From an uncultured Flavobacteriales bacterium (GTDB lineage Bacteria; Bacteroidota; Bacteroidia; Flavobacteriales; UBA7430), in contig CALSTU010000002.1 of NCBI GenBank assembly GCA_943789355.1, positions 135,854 to 199,853 on the forward strand: a stretch of 64,000 nucleotides of DNA, given 5' to 3'. The position numbers and the translations under genes are program-made. Below, one piece after another: positions 50,060 to 61,567 of the stretch (position 1 is the first letter of the stretch; the number at the start of each line of letters is the position of its first letter). The notes under the pieces were generated by a model. The model searched no databases, was not told where the DNA came from, and saw nothing but the letters and a program-made list of their open reading frames with translations.

Positions 50060-52183
50060 TTATTTTAATTCCGTCGTATAGTTTTTGTTGTTCCACTGAA
50101 ACATGATACTTTTAGAAGAGCCTAAATCATTGATCGCACTGCGAAAGGCTACGCCAAAGCTTCCTGTGTATTTAGGGATTTCTTGAGCCTCAACAGAGTC
50201 CTCTAACTCATGCAATCGGTTGTCTTTTAGCAAGCCTAAAACTTTTGCGTTTACCACAACGGTATACTTAGATCTAAGTTCATCAACCCATTGATTTTGG
50301 AGACTTTCTTGAAAGTCTGAAATCACTAGACCCCTAACATCGTTGAGTAATTTTGCCTGTTTGGGCAACAGGTCTTCAACATAAACTAGTTTAACGTTCT
50401 GATTGTCTTTAATGGGCTTTGACAGGCCCTGAACCCACGCAACTTGGTCTACAAAATCATCATCACCTTTGGCGTATAGGCCATCCTCTACAACCATATT
50501 AAGTGAAGAGCGCTTGTTAATTTTGGCTTGAAGTTCTTCAAAATTTACAACCTTTTTTTTGAGCTGCTTGGCAACTTTTTTAGCAACCTTATCATTGAGG
50601 CAATTGATCACCTTAGCTTTAACACGTGGAGGCCACATGTAATTGTGTTTGTTTGACTGAAAGTAAGTCTTCAATCCGGTTGTATCTTTAATCGCTTTTG
50701 ACCAAACTCTTTCGTCCGTCAGTTCGTACAATAAAATACCGTCTCTGTATTCTTTCATCAACAAACGGAAATCATCATATTTACGCTCGAGATTTGCATT
50801 TTCATAAATAATAATTTGCTCTTCTGACCATTTTGAATACGCATCGTTTACCACAAATTGAACGTCATTAACTTTTGTTGCGGTTCTTTCAGATGCCAAA
50901 AGATAATCAACAAAATCTGACAACTTATAGGTCTTTTCGGCCAATGTAAATAAAACCATTGAAGAACTCTTAAGAGGTCTCTTCAAAATGATTCTACCGG
51001 ACAAAGGCTCCAACTGTAAATGGCTATATAAAGCAGCTAGTGCTAGCTCATTTTCCTGATAGTCGTACTCCTCTTTTAATTGATTCACCAGAGAGCTTCG
51101 CTTCAATTGAGATCTGGAATCCTTTTCAACTCTAATTTTGAGCGCCAACTTTTCCTCCTCAAAACTTCCCAGACCTTTGCGATCAATAAGCTTAATGATG
51201 TGCCAGCCGTATGGGCTTTGAACAGGTTTTGACAGTGCATTTTTTTGGGACAAACCAAAAGCAGTATTTTCGAAGGATTCTACCATTTTATTTGACCCAA
51301 ACCAAGGCAGCTCGCCCCCGTTTGAAGCCGACTTTTTATCGTCAGAATACTGCTTGGCCATTTCTTCGAAATTGGCATTTTCTTCAACAAGCTTTTTGTA
51401 AATGGCTTCAATTTTATTCTTTGCTAAACTTGTTTCAGAAGCTGACTCACCATCAGAATTCTTATCTTTCTTGACCATAATGTGAGCAACTTTTACTTCT
51501 CCACGAGAAGAACGAGTATCCGTTACTTTGAGAATGTGATATCCAAAACGAGTTCTAATAATTTTTGAAACGCCACCTTTAGTGGTCGTAAAAGCTGCAT
51601 TTTCAAAAGGGTACACCATGTATAATGCACTGAAATAGCCCAGATCACCGCCATTAGCTTTTGCTGAAGGATCTTGTGAATAAGTACTTGCATAAGAAGA
51701 AAAGTCAGCACCTGCATTGATTTCAGATCTGAGTTTCTGAATCTTTAAATAAGCTTTGAGTGTATCCTCAGGAGATGCATTCTCCGGTAAAGAAATCAAA
51801 ATATGACTGGCCCTTACTTCCGTTTGTAATCTGAGGTAAGCCTCTTCAATCAAACGCTCACCAATTTCAGTATCCACCAAATAAGGTTTCGCTAATTGTT
51901 TGCGATATCCTGCAAGCTCATTGATAAAAGCAGATTCCTGATCCATTCTTAAGGATTCAGCTTCTTTTACTTTTAGCTTAAAATTAACAAACAAATCCAA
52001 ATACTCATCTATGGTTTTAGGATCGAGTGCATCACCAATCTGTCTATTCTTGTTGTAGACACTTAAAAATTCTTCTACACGAACCTCTTCATTTGCAATG
52101 GTCAGAAGAGACTTGCTGGAATTTTGTGCAAAAGCATTTAAAGTCACTGCTGCGATAAGCAACAAACGCATTACATTTTTCAT
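50060..52183 (-). CDS. periplasmic peptidyl-prolyl isomerase with two parvulin domains (PpiD/SurA-like)
   Basis: 707 aa. Signal peptide and two rotamase blocks ending RFGYHILKV and PYGWHIIKL. Confidence 0.85.
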   Translation of the reverse strand: MKNVMRLLLIAAVTLNAFAQNSSKSLLTIANEEVRVEEFLSVYNKNRQIGDALDPKTIDEYLDLFVNFKLKVKEAESLRMDQESAFINELAGYRKQLAKPYLVDTEIGERLIEEAYLRLQTEVRASHILISLPENASPEDTLKAYLKIQKLRSEINAGADFSSYASTYSQDPSAKANGGDLGYFSALYMVYPFENAAFTTTKGGVSKIIRTRFGYHILKVTDTRSSRGEVKVAHIMVKKDKNSDGESASETSLAKNKIEAIYKKLVEENANFEEMAKQYSDDKKSASNGGELPWFGSNKMVESFENTAFGLSQKNALSKPVQSPYGWHIIKLIDRKGLGSFEEEKLALKIRVEKDSRSQLKRSSLVNQLKEEYDYQENELALAALYSHLQLEPLSGRIILKRPLKSSSMVLFTLAEKTYKLSDFVDYLLASERTATKVNDVQFVVNDAYSKWSEEQIIIYENANLERKYDDFRLLMKEYRDGILLYELTDERVWSKAIKDTTGLKTYFQSNKHNYMWPPRVKAKVINCLNDKVAKKVAKQLKKKVVNFEELQAKINKRSSLNMVVEDGLYAKGDDDFVDQVAWVQGLSKPIKDNQNVKLVYVEDLLPKQAKLLNDVRGLVISDFQESLQNQWVDELRSKYTVVVNAKVLGLLKDNRLHELEDSVEAQEIPKYTGSFGVAFRSAINDLGSSKSIMFQWNNKNYTTELK

Positions 52184-52206
52184 TACATTAAATTATATTT
52201 AAACTT

Positions 52207-53697
<1,491 letters not shown>

Positions 53698-53715
53698 TTA
53701 AATAATAATTGCGAG

Positions 53716-53723
53716 CAAATATA
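53716..53723 (-). promoter_or_regulatory. candidate -7 promoter box (TAnnTTTG) for guaB
   Basis: The minus strand reads TATATTTG about 30 nt upstream of ATG 53685. Confidence 0.35.
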
Positions 53724-53860
53724 CTAAAAATCATGGTGTAAATCATCATCTAGAAAAGATAAAACTGCTTGAAAATCAATGAGGGTCAATTCATCGAATC
53801 AATTTAAAACATTTGCATAAGAATGCTTTGACAACAAACCAATACCTGGAAGATCTGTTT

Positions 53861-55135
53861 CTATTCGGATGTATTGCCTACCACGATTTCACAGAGATCT
53901 TCTTCTTTCAGATACTTATTCGCTAAGTCTTTCAAAAGATTCGCATCCAACTGATTGAGCATCTCTTGATAGCTATCGTAAAACTCAAAATCTGTTCCTT
54001 GAATGTGCATGTTCTTCAACAAGCTTATTTGAGCAAAGGGACCGTCAGCGGACTTTAAAATCTGACCCATGATGTAATTCTTCACCAAACTGAGTTCTTT
54101 TTCTGGAATCAACGCTTCTCTAAGACGTTTTAATTCAAGATAAATTTCTTGCAGTGCTAATTGCGTAGACTCCCCTTTCACCTCCGTAGAAATGCAAAAA
54201 TAACCACATTCTTCTTGTTGCACACACATGGCGCCTATTCCATAGGTCAAACCCTTATCTTCTCGAATATTACTCATCAATCGAGAACCAAAATAACCGC
54301 CTAAAACTACAGACAAAAACTTTAAAGGCTGATAATCCTCGTGGTGGGTATTGAAACAGGATCGACCTATACGAATCGCTGATTGCATCGCCGCATCTTT
54401 AAACAGGTGCGTTTTTTCTGTTTTATGCACTGGGGAATAAACGTCCAATGAATTTGAAGCTTTAAGTGCCCAAGTTCCCAAATATTCATTCAACATCGAT
54501 TCAGTGTTGCTTGGAAGCATCCCCGCAATGTAAACGTTAAGGGCTGCGTTTTTATAATTTGCAGTATGAAAATCAACAAGATCCTGTCTGGTTATCCTAT
54601 CAAAATCTTCGAGTGTTACAGAAAACCCATAAGGGTGTGTACCAAACAAAGTGTTGAAAAAAGTATTTCGAGCAATGAACTCTACTTTTTCTGAATTGAT
54701 TCTAAAACTCTGTTTTTTCTGGGCAAGAGCTATCTGAAACTCATCTTCCGGGAAAATCGGATTTTTTAGAGCATCAATGAATAGGGGCAGTACCTCATTA
54801 AAATATTTATTGAGGGTAAAGAGCGAAACTACTGCACGATCAGAATTCACATCCACCTGTGTGTAAGCACCATAAAAATCAAGACTTTCATGGATCTCTT
54901 CTCCTTTTTTATTGGCGGTTCCTTCTAGAAGCAAAGCATTGGTTAGACTGGCCTGCAAGGCTTTATTTTGAATTTTACTCCCTGCTTCAAAAACCAAATC
55001 CAAACGACACAGCTCCTGCCCTCCTCCTTCCATAGCATAAACCTGGAGGTTGTTGGTCAATTGAAATCTTTTGGACACAATAAAATCAGGCATATTGATT
55101 TCCTGAAAATGCATTTCTTTTTTTCGATCTAACAT
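53861..55135 (-). CDS. M16-family peptidase-like protein, non-catalytic partner (no HxxEH)
   Basis: 424 aa. Insulinase-like fold pattern, but the HxxEH position reads LTNALLLEGT. Lies 6 nt after the catalytic M16 gene. Confidence 0.75.
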   Translation of the reverse strand: MLDRKKEMHFQEINMPDFIVSKRFQLTNNLQVYAMEGGGQELCRLDLVFEAGSKIQNKALQASLTNALLLEGTANKKGEEIHESLDFYGAYTQVDVNSDRAVVSLFTLNKYFNEVLPLFIDALKNPIFPEDEFQIALAQKKQSFRINSEKVEFIARNTFFNTLFGTHPYGFSVTLEDFDRITRQDLVDFHTANYKNAALNVYIAGMLPSNTESMLNEYLGTWALKASNSLDVYSPVHKTEKTHLFKDAAMQSAIRIGRSCFNTHHEDYQPLKFLSVVLGGYFGSRLMSNIREDKGLTYGIGAMCVQQEECGYFCISTEVKGESTQLALQEIYLELKRLREALIPEKELSLVKNYIMGQILKSADGPFAQISLLKNMHIQGTDFEFYDSYQEMLNQLDANLLKDLANKYLKEEDLCEIVVGNTSE

Positions 55136-55141
55136 TTCCTT

Positions 55142-56377
55142 CTATTTGGCATGATAATATAACGTATTGGAATTGGCCTTTCTAAAAACGTCCTGAGCAA
55201 CATCCTTAATCTTTGAAGCCGTCACCCCTTCATAGAGGTCTATTTGTTTATTGACAAGGCTTGCATCACCCATCAGCTCAGAAGTAGCCAAATTAATGGC
55301 CTTATTCAATACATTTAGTTCTGAAAACTTATGTGCTGATATGGCTTTATTTTTAACCTTACGAAGTTCTTTTTCATCAACCAAAAACAGTTTAAGTTTC
55401 CCGATTTCAGCATCGATTCCTGCTTCCGCATCTTCCATGGAAACCCCTGGAGTCAGTTTACCCGCAAAATAAAACAACCCTTCATCCAATTCCCCTCCGA
55501 TAAAGGCATCAATATCGCTAAACAATTTTTGATCTTTAACAAGGCTGTTGTACAATCGAGAAGAGTTACCCCGTGATAAAATGTCGGAGATCAAGTCGGT
55601 AGCAAAAAAATCAATGTCCGTTCGAGCACACATATGAAAAGCTTTATAAATCACATCAACCGGCACATCTCTTTCAACCTTAAGCGTTCGCGCAGCCTCT
55701 TGACGTGGTTCTTTCGGAAGATCTCTTTTCGGTGTATCTCTTAACGGTATTGGGCCGAACCACTTTTCTGAAAGCAATTTTACATGATTTAGGTCTACAT
55801 CACCTGCAACAACAAGTATGGCGTTATTGGGAGCATAATGCTTATAAAAGAAGTTTTTCACTTCCTCCATCGTTGCCTCTTCAATATGAGAGACTTCTTT
55901 GCCAATCGTCGGCCACTGGTAGGGATGCTTTTGATAGGCAAGTGGTCTTAAAAGCAAGTGAATGTCTCCATAAGGCTGATTCAAATAATTCTGTTTGAAC
56001 TCTTCTATCACAACTTGTCTTTGAACTTCAAGACTTTTTGGTGTAAAAGCCAAACCCAACATTCGATCGGACTCCAAACGAAAAGCATGCTCCAAATTTT
56101 CTTTGGGTAAGGTGATGTAATAATTGGTGATATCATTAGAAGTAAAAGCGTTATTCTGACCCCCTGCTTTCTCAACCACCTCGTCATAATCGGAGATGTT
56201 AATCGAACCCCCAAACATCAAATGCTCAAACAAATGAGCAAATCCAGTACGCTCCGGACTTTCATCTCGAGCACCTACATCATAAAGTAAATTGAAGGCT
56301 ACGATGGGGGTACTCTTATCTTGGTGAACAATAACTTTTAAGCCATTATTCAATTCAAATCTTTCAAAATTTATCAT
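55142..56377 (-). CDS. M16-family (pitrilysin/insulinase) zinc peptidase, catalytic subunit
   Basis: 411 aa. Inverted zinc motif HLFEHLMFGG. Confidence 0.85.
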   Translation of the reverse strand: MINFERFELNNGLKVIVHQDKSTPIVAFNLLYDVGARDESPERTGFAHLFEHLMFGGSINISDYDEVVEKAGGQNNAFTSNDITNYYITLPKENLEHAFRLESDRMLGLAFTPKSLEVQRQVVIEEFKQNYLNQPYGDIHLLLRPLAYQKHPYQWPTIGKEVSHIEEATMEEVKNFFYKHYAPNNAILVVAGDVDLNHVKLLSEKWFGPIPLRDTPKRDLPKEPRQEAARTLKVERDVPVDVIYKAFHMCARTDIDFFATDLISDILSRGNSSRLYNSLVKDQKLFSDIDAFIGGELDEGLFYFAGKLTPGVSMEDAEAGIDAEIGKLKLFLVDEKELRKVKNKAISAHKFSELNVLNKAINLATSELMGDASLVNKQIDLYEGVTASKIKDVAQDVFRKANSNTLYYHAK

Positions 56378-56378
56378 G

Positions 56379-57632
56379 CTACAAATGTATCCAATCTAAT
56401 TTTAGTGCTAGAAATAAAACAGTAAAACTCAACAAATAAATAATGCCCAAAATCGACAAGATGCGCATGAATAAATTCGGCTTTTCTTGAGCCGTTAAAT
56501 CATCTGATAACACCAATTTAAAATTGACAATGGCGATGAGTGGGGCAATGACAAATGAAATGATGGTTGCGAGATCAACTAAGGCTTTAAAATTTCCTAA
56601 AAAATTATTGATGACCACAAATCCACCAACAAGAACAATTGTGAGCCAAATTTTATACGTTTTAAATTCTTTACGCGTGGCTCCTAAAAGTAATGCTGTA
56701 GTTTCTGACATCGCTCTAGAGTAGCCGTCAAAGACTGTAATACACGTACTAAACATCACCGAAAATGAAGAAATTGCTATAAAATAATAGGCTCCATCAC
56801 CCATGGCACTGGTAAACATACCCACCACCTGATTGGCAAATACAGCAGAACTATTGGACAGCTCTGTTTCGGTTCCGTAAATTAAAAATGCACCCAATGT
56901 GATGAAACAAATGGATAGGCCTGCAGTAATCCAATATCCAATGTTAAACTCTTTTAAAGTTTCTTTAAGCGTGGGTAAGTAATCTGTTTGTTTGATGCGC
57001 TCCAGAGTCCATATAGAATTCCAAGTAGAAAGGTCTACCGCTGTAGGCATCCAGCCCATTAGTGCGATCAGGAAAAATATATTTTTCTTATCCAGCTCAA
57101 GAGGAATCACCAGTTGATCCCAAGTTGCCACGGGGCCATGCCAGAGCGTCATTATGAAAGCCACGAGCGTAGAAATTAACAAAACCGAACCGATTAATTT
57201 AATCAAGCCATCCAACAGACTAAACTTACCACTTAGAAGTACAGCCATACAAACGGCCATCAATAAAATAGAAGCTTCTGAGGGGTTTAATGGAAGCTGA
57301 AACAAGTTGATCATCAAACCAACACAAACATAGGTTACGGCTGCAGCAACGGTAAACATTGAAATTAGCGTGATCAACAGGTATAAAACAAGCATGCTTT
57401 TACCCAACTTGCGGTATCCATAAATCAAACTATTACCGGTCGCATTTGCATAACGTGACCCAAACTCAAAAAAAGGGTATTTTAAGACATTCGCCATCAA
57501 AGCAAAACCAATTAAAGCAAAGCCGTATTCCGCACCTGCTCTTGTCGATTGAACAAGGTGGGATACACCGATTGCCGTTGTCGCAAATAAGATTCCAGGT
57601 CCCAGCGTTTTTAAAAATCTCTTTGTAAACAT
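56379..57632 (-). CDS. NRAMP-fold (MntH-related) transporter lacking the canonical DPGN motif
   Basis: Start moved to ATG 57632 (MFTKRFLKTLGPGILF), which avoids overlap with the upstream gene. TM1 reads GPGILFATTAIGVSHLVQSTRAGAEYGF where MntH has GP..[20 protein letters not shown].FGY. The later GWMPTAV corresponds to MPH. Confidence 0.7.
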   Translation of the reverse strand: MFTKRFLKTLGPGILFATTAIGVSHLVQSTRAGAEYGFALIGFALMANVLKYPFFEFGSRYANATGNSLIYGYRKLGKSMLVLYLLITLISMFTVAAAVTYVCVGLMINLFQLPLNPSEASILLMAVCMAVLLSGKFSLLDGLIKLIGSVLLISTLVAFIMTLWHGPVATWDQLVIPLELDKKNIFFLIALMGWMPTAVDLSTWNSIWTLERIKQTDYLPTLKETLKEFNIGYWITAGLSICFITLGAFLIYGTETELSNSSAVFANQVVGMFTSAMGDGAYYFIAISSFSVMFSTCITVFDGYSRAMSETTALLLGATRKEFKTYKIWLTIVLVGGFVVINNFLGNFKALVDLATIISFVIAPLIAIVNFKLVLSDDLTAQEKPNLFMRILSILGIIYLLSFTVLFLALKLDWIHL

Positions 57633-57654
57633 TGATGTGGGTGTTGAGTAATTA

Positions 57655-58650
57655 TTAGATCCTTTGAAGTTTAGATATCGTTTTGTGAAAATCTTCCATA
57701 ATTTCTTTAACGATTTCATGAGCAGGCTTAATTTCTTGAATCGAAGAAGAAACTTGGCCAATTTCGAGCTCGCCCTCGTTCATATCTCCTTCAAACATAC
57801 CCTTTTTGGCTCGTGCTCTCCCCAAAAGTGATTTTAAATCATCAGACGTAGCCAGACGGGCATAAGCCGTTTGAATGTCATTGTAAAACTTATTCTTCAG
57901 CAAGCGAACGGGTGTAAGCTCTTTTAAAGTGAGCTCTGTAGAGCCCTCTTTTGCGTTAACTATTGCTTTCTTAAACGCAAGATGAGCCGAAGACTCAGGT
58001 GTCGCAACAAATCTAGAACCGACTTGAACAGCCTCGGCTCCCAGGGCAAAGGCAGCGGCCATGCTTTTCCCACAAGCGATCCCTCCAGCAGCAATAACCG
58101 GTATTTTTACAGCTTCTGTAATCAGGGGGACCAAACACATTGTGGTGGTCTCCTCTCTTCCATTATGACCTCCTGCCTCAAATCCTTCAGCAACCACAGC
58201 GTCAACTCCAGCAGACTCGGACTTTTGAGCGAATAAAACGTTTGAAACTACATGAACGACTTTAATTCCGTGTTTTTTAAACGTGGATGTCCATTTTTTT
58301 GGGCTGCCGGCAGAAGTAAAAACAATCGGTACATTTTCCTCGATGAGGATGTTTACATGAGCTTCTATGCTTGGATAAAGAAGTGGCAAGTTTACGGCGA
58401 AAGGTTTGTCGGTCGCCTTTTTACATTTCTGTATTTGCGTTCTCAACACATCGGGGTACATGGAGCCTGCTCCGATAATTCCCAAGCCTCCTGCATGACT
58501 TACGGCTGAGGCCAATTCCCAACCACTACACCAAACCATACCCGCCTGAATAAGCGGATGTTTCACCCCAAACAATGCGGTTATCCTGTTGTCGAATGTC
58601 TTTCTTTTCAAGCCCAAACTCTTATTTAAGTTCCACTTTAGGTAAATCAA
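57655..58650 (-). CDS. nitronate monooxygenase / NAD(P)H-dependent flavin oxidoreductase (FabK-like TIM barrel)
   Basis: 331 aa. LFGVKHPLIQAGMVW N-terminal block and FMN-binding AAGGIACG. The track start is a TTG, and there is no in-frame ATG before the conserved core. Confidence 0.75.
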   Translation of the reverse strand: MIYLKWNLNKSLGLKRKTFDNRITALFGVKHPLIQAGMVWCSGWELASAVSHAGGLGIIGAGSMYPDVLRTQIQKCKKATDKPFAVNLPLLYPSIEAHVNILIEENVPIVFTSAGSPKKWTSTFKKHGIKVVHVVSNVLFAQKSESAGVDAVVAEGFEAGGHNGREETTTMCLVPLITEAVKIPVIAAGGIACGKSMAAAFALGAEAVQVGSRFVATPESSAHLAFKKAIVNAKEGSTELTLKELTPVRLLKNKFYNDIQTAYARLATSDDLKSLLGRARAKKGMFEGDMNEGELEIGQVSSSIQEIKPAHEIVKEIMEDFHKTISKLQRI

Positions 58651-58683
58651 ATTATAATTCTGGATTTCAGAAATTTAAACCAT

Positions 58684-59409
58684 TTAATCCTTGCTTTCAC
58701 GATGATTGATCGTCGTAAGTTTATCTCCTTCTCTCAACACGGTCTTGTAAAGGTCTCCATATTCAAATACTTCCATTTTCATTTGGATTCCTTTCTCCGA
58801 ATAATAAAACCATTTACCGTGCTTAAGCCCCTTTTTGTAGGCTCCTTCGACTTTCTTTTTTGCAGACGGGTAATAACTTTTGTAAGGACCGTGAAGTTGA
58901 TCCAAAACATAATAAGCTTTCAACAAAACCTTTCCAGTAGTCCCATATTTCACCCATTCACCTTGTTTATTACCAGCCTTCCATTGGAGAAGTTCGGCCA
59001 AAGAACTGTCTGCGTAAAACATGCGCTCATCTCCTTCTTTCAAACCGTCTACATACCCATCGGTAGAAACTAAGTATCCGCGTGTGCTGAAATACTTCCA
59101 CTGTCCTATTTTCTTTTTTCCATTGAACTGACCCAGTCCTTCTACATTGCCGTTGGGCATAAACATCACCGCATCAGATATGCCTCCAGGAGTTTGATAG
59201 TTCCTCGTAGAAATCACTTTACCGTTCTGATCGTAGAAACGAAAAACACCAACTTCTTTACCGTCTTCAAAAGCACCTTCATAGCGCAAAGCGCCCCATG
59301 GATAGTTCTTAGACCAAATGCCTTGTCTCAAACCGTTTGTATCCGTTGTATTTTGAGCCACTAAAACATACGAGCTCAATAAGATGAGGAGTGTACCTAT
59401 TTTTTTCAT
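58684..59409 (-). CDS. secreted MORN-variant repeat protein (YwqK-like family)
   Basis: 241 aa. Signal peptide and repeated G.W..Y...G units (GIWSKNYPWG, GQWKYFSTRG, GEWVKYGTTG, GKWFYYSEKG). Confidence 0.7.
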   Translation of the reverse strand: MKKIGTLLILLSSYVLVAQNTTDTNGLRQGIWSKNYPWGALRYEGAFEDGKEVGVFRFYDQNGKVISTRNYQTPGGISDAVMFMPNGNVEGLGQFNGKKKIGQWKYFSTRGYLVSTDGYVDGLKEGDERMFYADSSLAELLQWKAGNKQGEWVKYGTTGKVLLKAYYVLDQLHGPYKSYYPSAKKKVEGAYKKGLKHGKWFYYSEKGIQMKMEVFEYGDLYKTVLREGDKLTTINHRESKD

Positions 59410-59441
59410 AGAAATAATTTAATCAACTAAAAATAGTCATT

Positions 59442-59462
59442 CTGTTTTAGTAAGCAAAACAG
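59442..59462 (-). terminator. weak hairpin downstream of the GT4 gene
   Basis: CTGTTTT-AGTAAGC-AAAACAG stem-loop. On the minus strand the T-run comes only 9 nt later, so terminator status is doubtful. Confidence 0.25.
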
Positions 59463-59486
59463 AAGTGTTATCGCATGTACATACCT

Positions 59487-60608
59487 TTAGGAATGTTTCA
59501 TGATTTTCCTTGCCATATTTGACCAAGAATACTTTTTCTTTTCCTCTGCAACATTCTCAACAAAAAAAGCTTCTCGATTTTCATGATAAAAATCATGTAT
59601 GGCATTTGAAATAGCTCTTGGTGAAACATCAACCACATACCCTACTTTTTTATGAGGAACAATTTCTGCCAAGCCCCCTACATTAGTCACCAAAATGGGC
59701 TTATTAAAGTGATAGGCAATTTGCGCTACACCACTCTGCGTAGCTGTTCGGTAGGGCTGAACAACCATATCTGAAGCCGAAAAGTAAACATTCACTTGAT
59801 CTTGTGGAATAAAGTCTGGGTAAAAATGTACCCGATCCTCTAGATTCATATCTGCAATTTGTGCATGATACGTGTCAGCGTCTTCATAAAACTCACCTGC
59901 AACCATCAAATGAACATCCTGCGGAGTATATGACAAAGCTTCGATTAATAAATCCAAGCCTTTGTACGTTCTGATGAACCCAAAAAAGAGTAGGTATTTT
60001 TTAGAAGCATCCAAACCTAGTTTAACCCGGGCCTTTTGCTTGTCCAAAAGCAAACCAAACTGATCGTATACAGGGTGAGGGTGGTAATCAACCACAGGGT
60101 TACTCACGAACTTCGAAACATCTTTGCCAACCGACTTCGACATCACTAAAAATTGGTGATTTACTTTTAAAAAAAACCGGCTCAGCATCGCATCTCCAAA
60201 TCTCTTTTCGTGCGGGATGACGTTATCACACAATGCCATAAGTTTTGAGGTTTTTCTCAAGCCTGAAAGTCTCAATATAGATCCAAATGCCAAGCCCATA
60301 AAAGGAATCCAAAACCGTGTTATGACCAATGCTGGTTTTTCATTTTTCAGCCACAGCGCCGTCTTAATCCAGGAAATCGGATTGATGGAATTGATCCTTG
60401 AGTGAATCTCTAAATCCGGTGATGAAGCGGTACGTTCGTATTGTGTTTTTCCGGGAAATAAGATGCTGGGGTATTGCAAAGAGAAGGAAAGCATCACCAC
60501 TTCATGTCCCAATTTCTTTAGTGCCAAACCTAAAGCGTGGTTGCTGTCAGCTATGCCGCCTCGAAGCGGATAAGCGGGACCCATAATTATGATTTTCTTT
60601 CCTTTCAA
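59487..60608 (-). CDS. GT4-type (GT-B fold) glycosyltransferase
   Basis: 373 aa. N-terminus KIIIMGPAYPLRGGIA and a C-terminal sugar-nucleotide-binding half (..QPYRTATQSGVAQIAYHFNKPILV..). ATGA overlap with the GT2 stop. Confidence 0.7.
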   Translation of the reverse strand: MKGKKIIIMGPAYPLRGGIADSNHALGLALKKLGHEVVMLSFSLQYPSILFPGKTQYERTASSPDLEIHSRINSINPISWIKTALWLKNEKPALVITRFWIPFMGLAFGSILRLSGLRKTSKLMALCDNVIPHEKRFGDAMLSRFFLKVNHQFLVMSKSVGKDVSKFVSNPVVDYHPHPVYDQFGLLLDKQKARVKLGLDASKKYLLFFGFIRTYKGLDLLIEALSYTPQDVHLMVAGEFYEDADTYHAQIADMNLEDRVHFYPDFIPQDQVNVYFSASDMVVQPYRTATQSGVAQIAYHFNKPILVTNVGGLAEIVPHKKVGYVVDVSPRAISNAIHDFYHENREAFFVENVAEEKKKYSWSNMARKIMKHS

Positions 60609-61567
60609 GAATCTTTATTCAATCGGTCTTCAATGATGTAATGATTGCGTTCGGAATTCGACCGCGCAATCAATTCGGCTATAAAGCCGGTTAAAAACAA
60701 CTGTGCTCCAATAATCATGGCAAGAATGCCAAAATAAAACAAAGGACGATCGGTCATGTTGTAGGCTTGCCACATGAGTTTGGCATAGGCTAAATAAGTC
60801 GCTATACCCAAACCGACAATGAAGTAAAGTACGCCAAAGAAACCAAACAAGTGCATCGGTTTCTTTCGGAATTTTGAAATAAACATCACGGTAAAAAGGT
60901 CCAGAAAACCATTGATAAAGCGTTCCATTCCAAATTTCGTGACCCCGTATTTTCGCTCTTGATGCTGTACGACCTTTTGACCAATCTTATCGAAACCGGC
61001 CCATTTAGCCAGTACAGGAATGTATCGGTGCATTTCACCGTATACTTCAATGGTCTTTACCACTTTATGGTCGTATGCTTTTAATCCACAATTGAAATCC
61101 TTCAGCTCGATGCCGGACATTTTGCGCGTGGCCCAGTTGAACAATTTGGTTGGGATGGTTTTAGACAAAGGATCGTATCTTTTTTCTTTGTAACCCGAAA
61201 CCAAATGGTAACCGTCCTTTTTGATCATGCTGTAAAGCTCTGGTATTTCCTCGGGGCTGTCTTGCAAGTCTGCATCCATAGTGATGATCACATCTCCTTG
61301 TGCCGCTTCAAAAGCCACATAAAGTCCGGCAGACTTTCCGTAATTTCTGCGAAATTTTATGGCTTTAACTGCCGTATCTTTTTTAGCTAAATCATCAATA
61401 ATCTGCCAAGAGTTATCCGTACTTCCATCATCCACGAATATAATCTCGTAAGAAAAGTTATGCTCCTCCATGACTTTACGGATCCAAGCATGTAATTCGG
61501 GAAGAGATTCGGCCTCATTAAACAGAGGGACGCATATAGAGAGTTGTTTGTCCACGTTATTCTTCAA
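60605..61567 (-). CDS. GT2 polyprenyl-phosphate glycosyltransferase (GtrB/DPM1/ArnC-like) with two C-terminal TM helices
   Basis: 320 aa. LSICVPLFNE, FVDDGSTDNS, DADLQD, and two TM helices at the C-terminus. Confidence 0.85.
   Translation of the reverse strand: MKNNVDKQLSICVPLFNEAESLPELHAWIRKVMEEHNFSYEIIFVDDGSTDNSWQIIDDLAKKDTAVKAIKFRRNYGKSAGLYVAFEAAQGDVIITMDADLQDSPEEIPELYSMIKKDGYHLVSGYKEKRYDPLSKTIPTKLFNWATRKMSGIELKDFNCGLKAYDHKVVKTIEVYGEMHRYIPVLAKWAGFDKIGQKVVQHQERKYGVTKFGMERFINGFLDLFTVMFISKFRKKPMHLFGFFGVLYFIVGLGIATYLAYAKLMWQAYNMTDRPLFYFGILAMIIGAQLFLTGFIAELIARSNSERNHYIIEDRLNKDS

Noticed and set aside
58684-59409. A YwqK-like MORN-repeat protein, a family often labelled antitoxin, as a possible toxin-antitoxin or polymorphic-toxin locus.
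   Set aside because: The protein has a signal peptide. No toxin-like, nuclease-like or LXG/Rhs-type neighbour is present. The flanking genes are a flavin oxidoreductase and glycosyltransferases.
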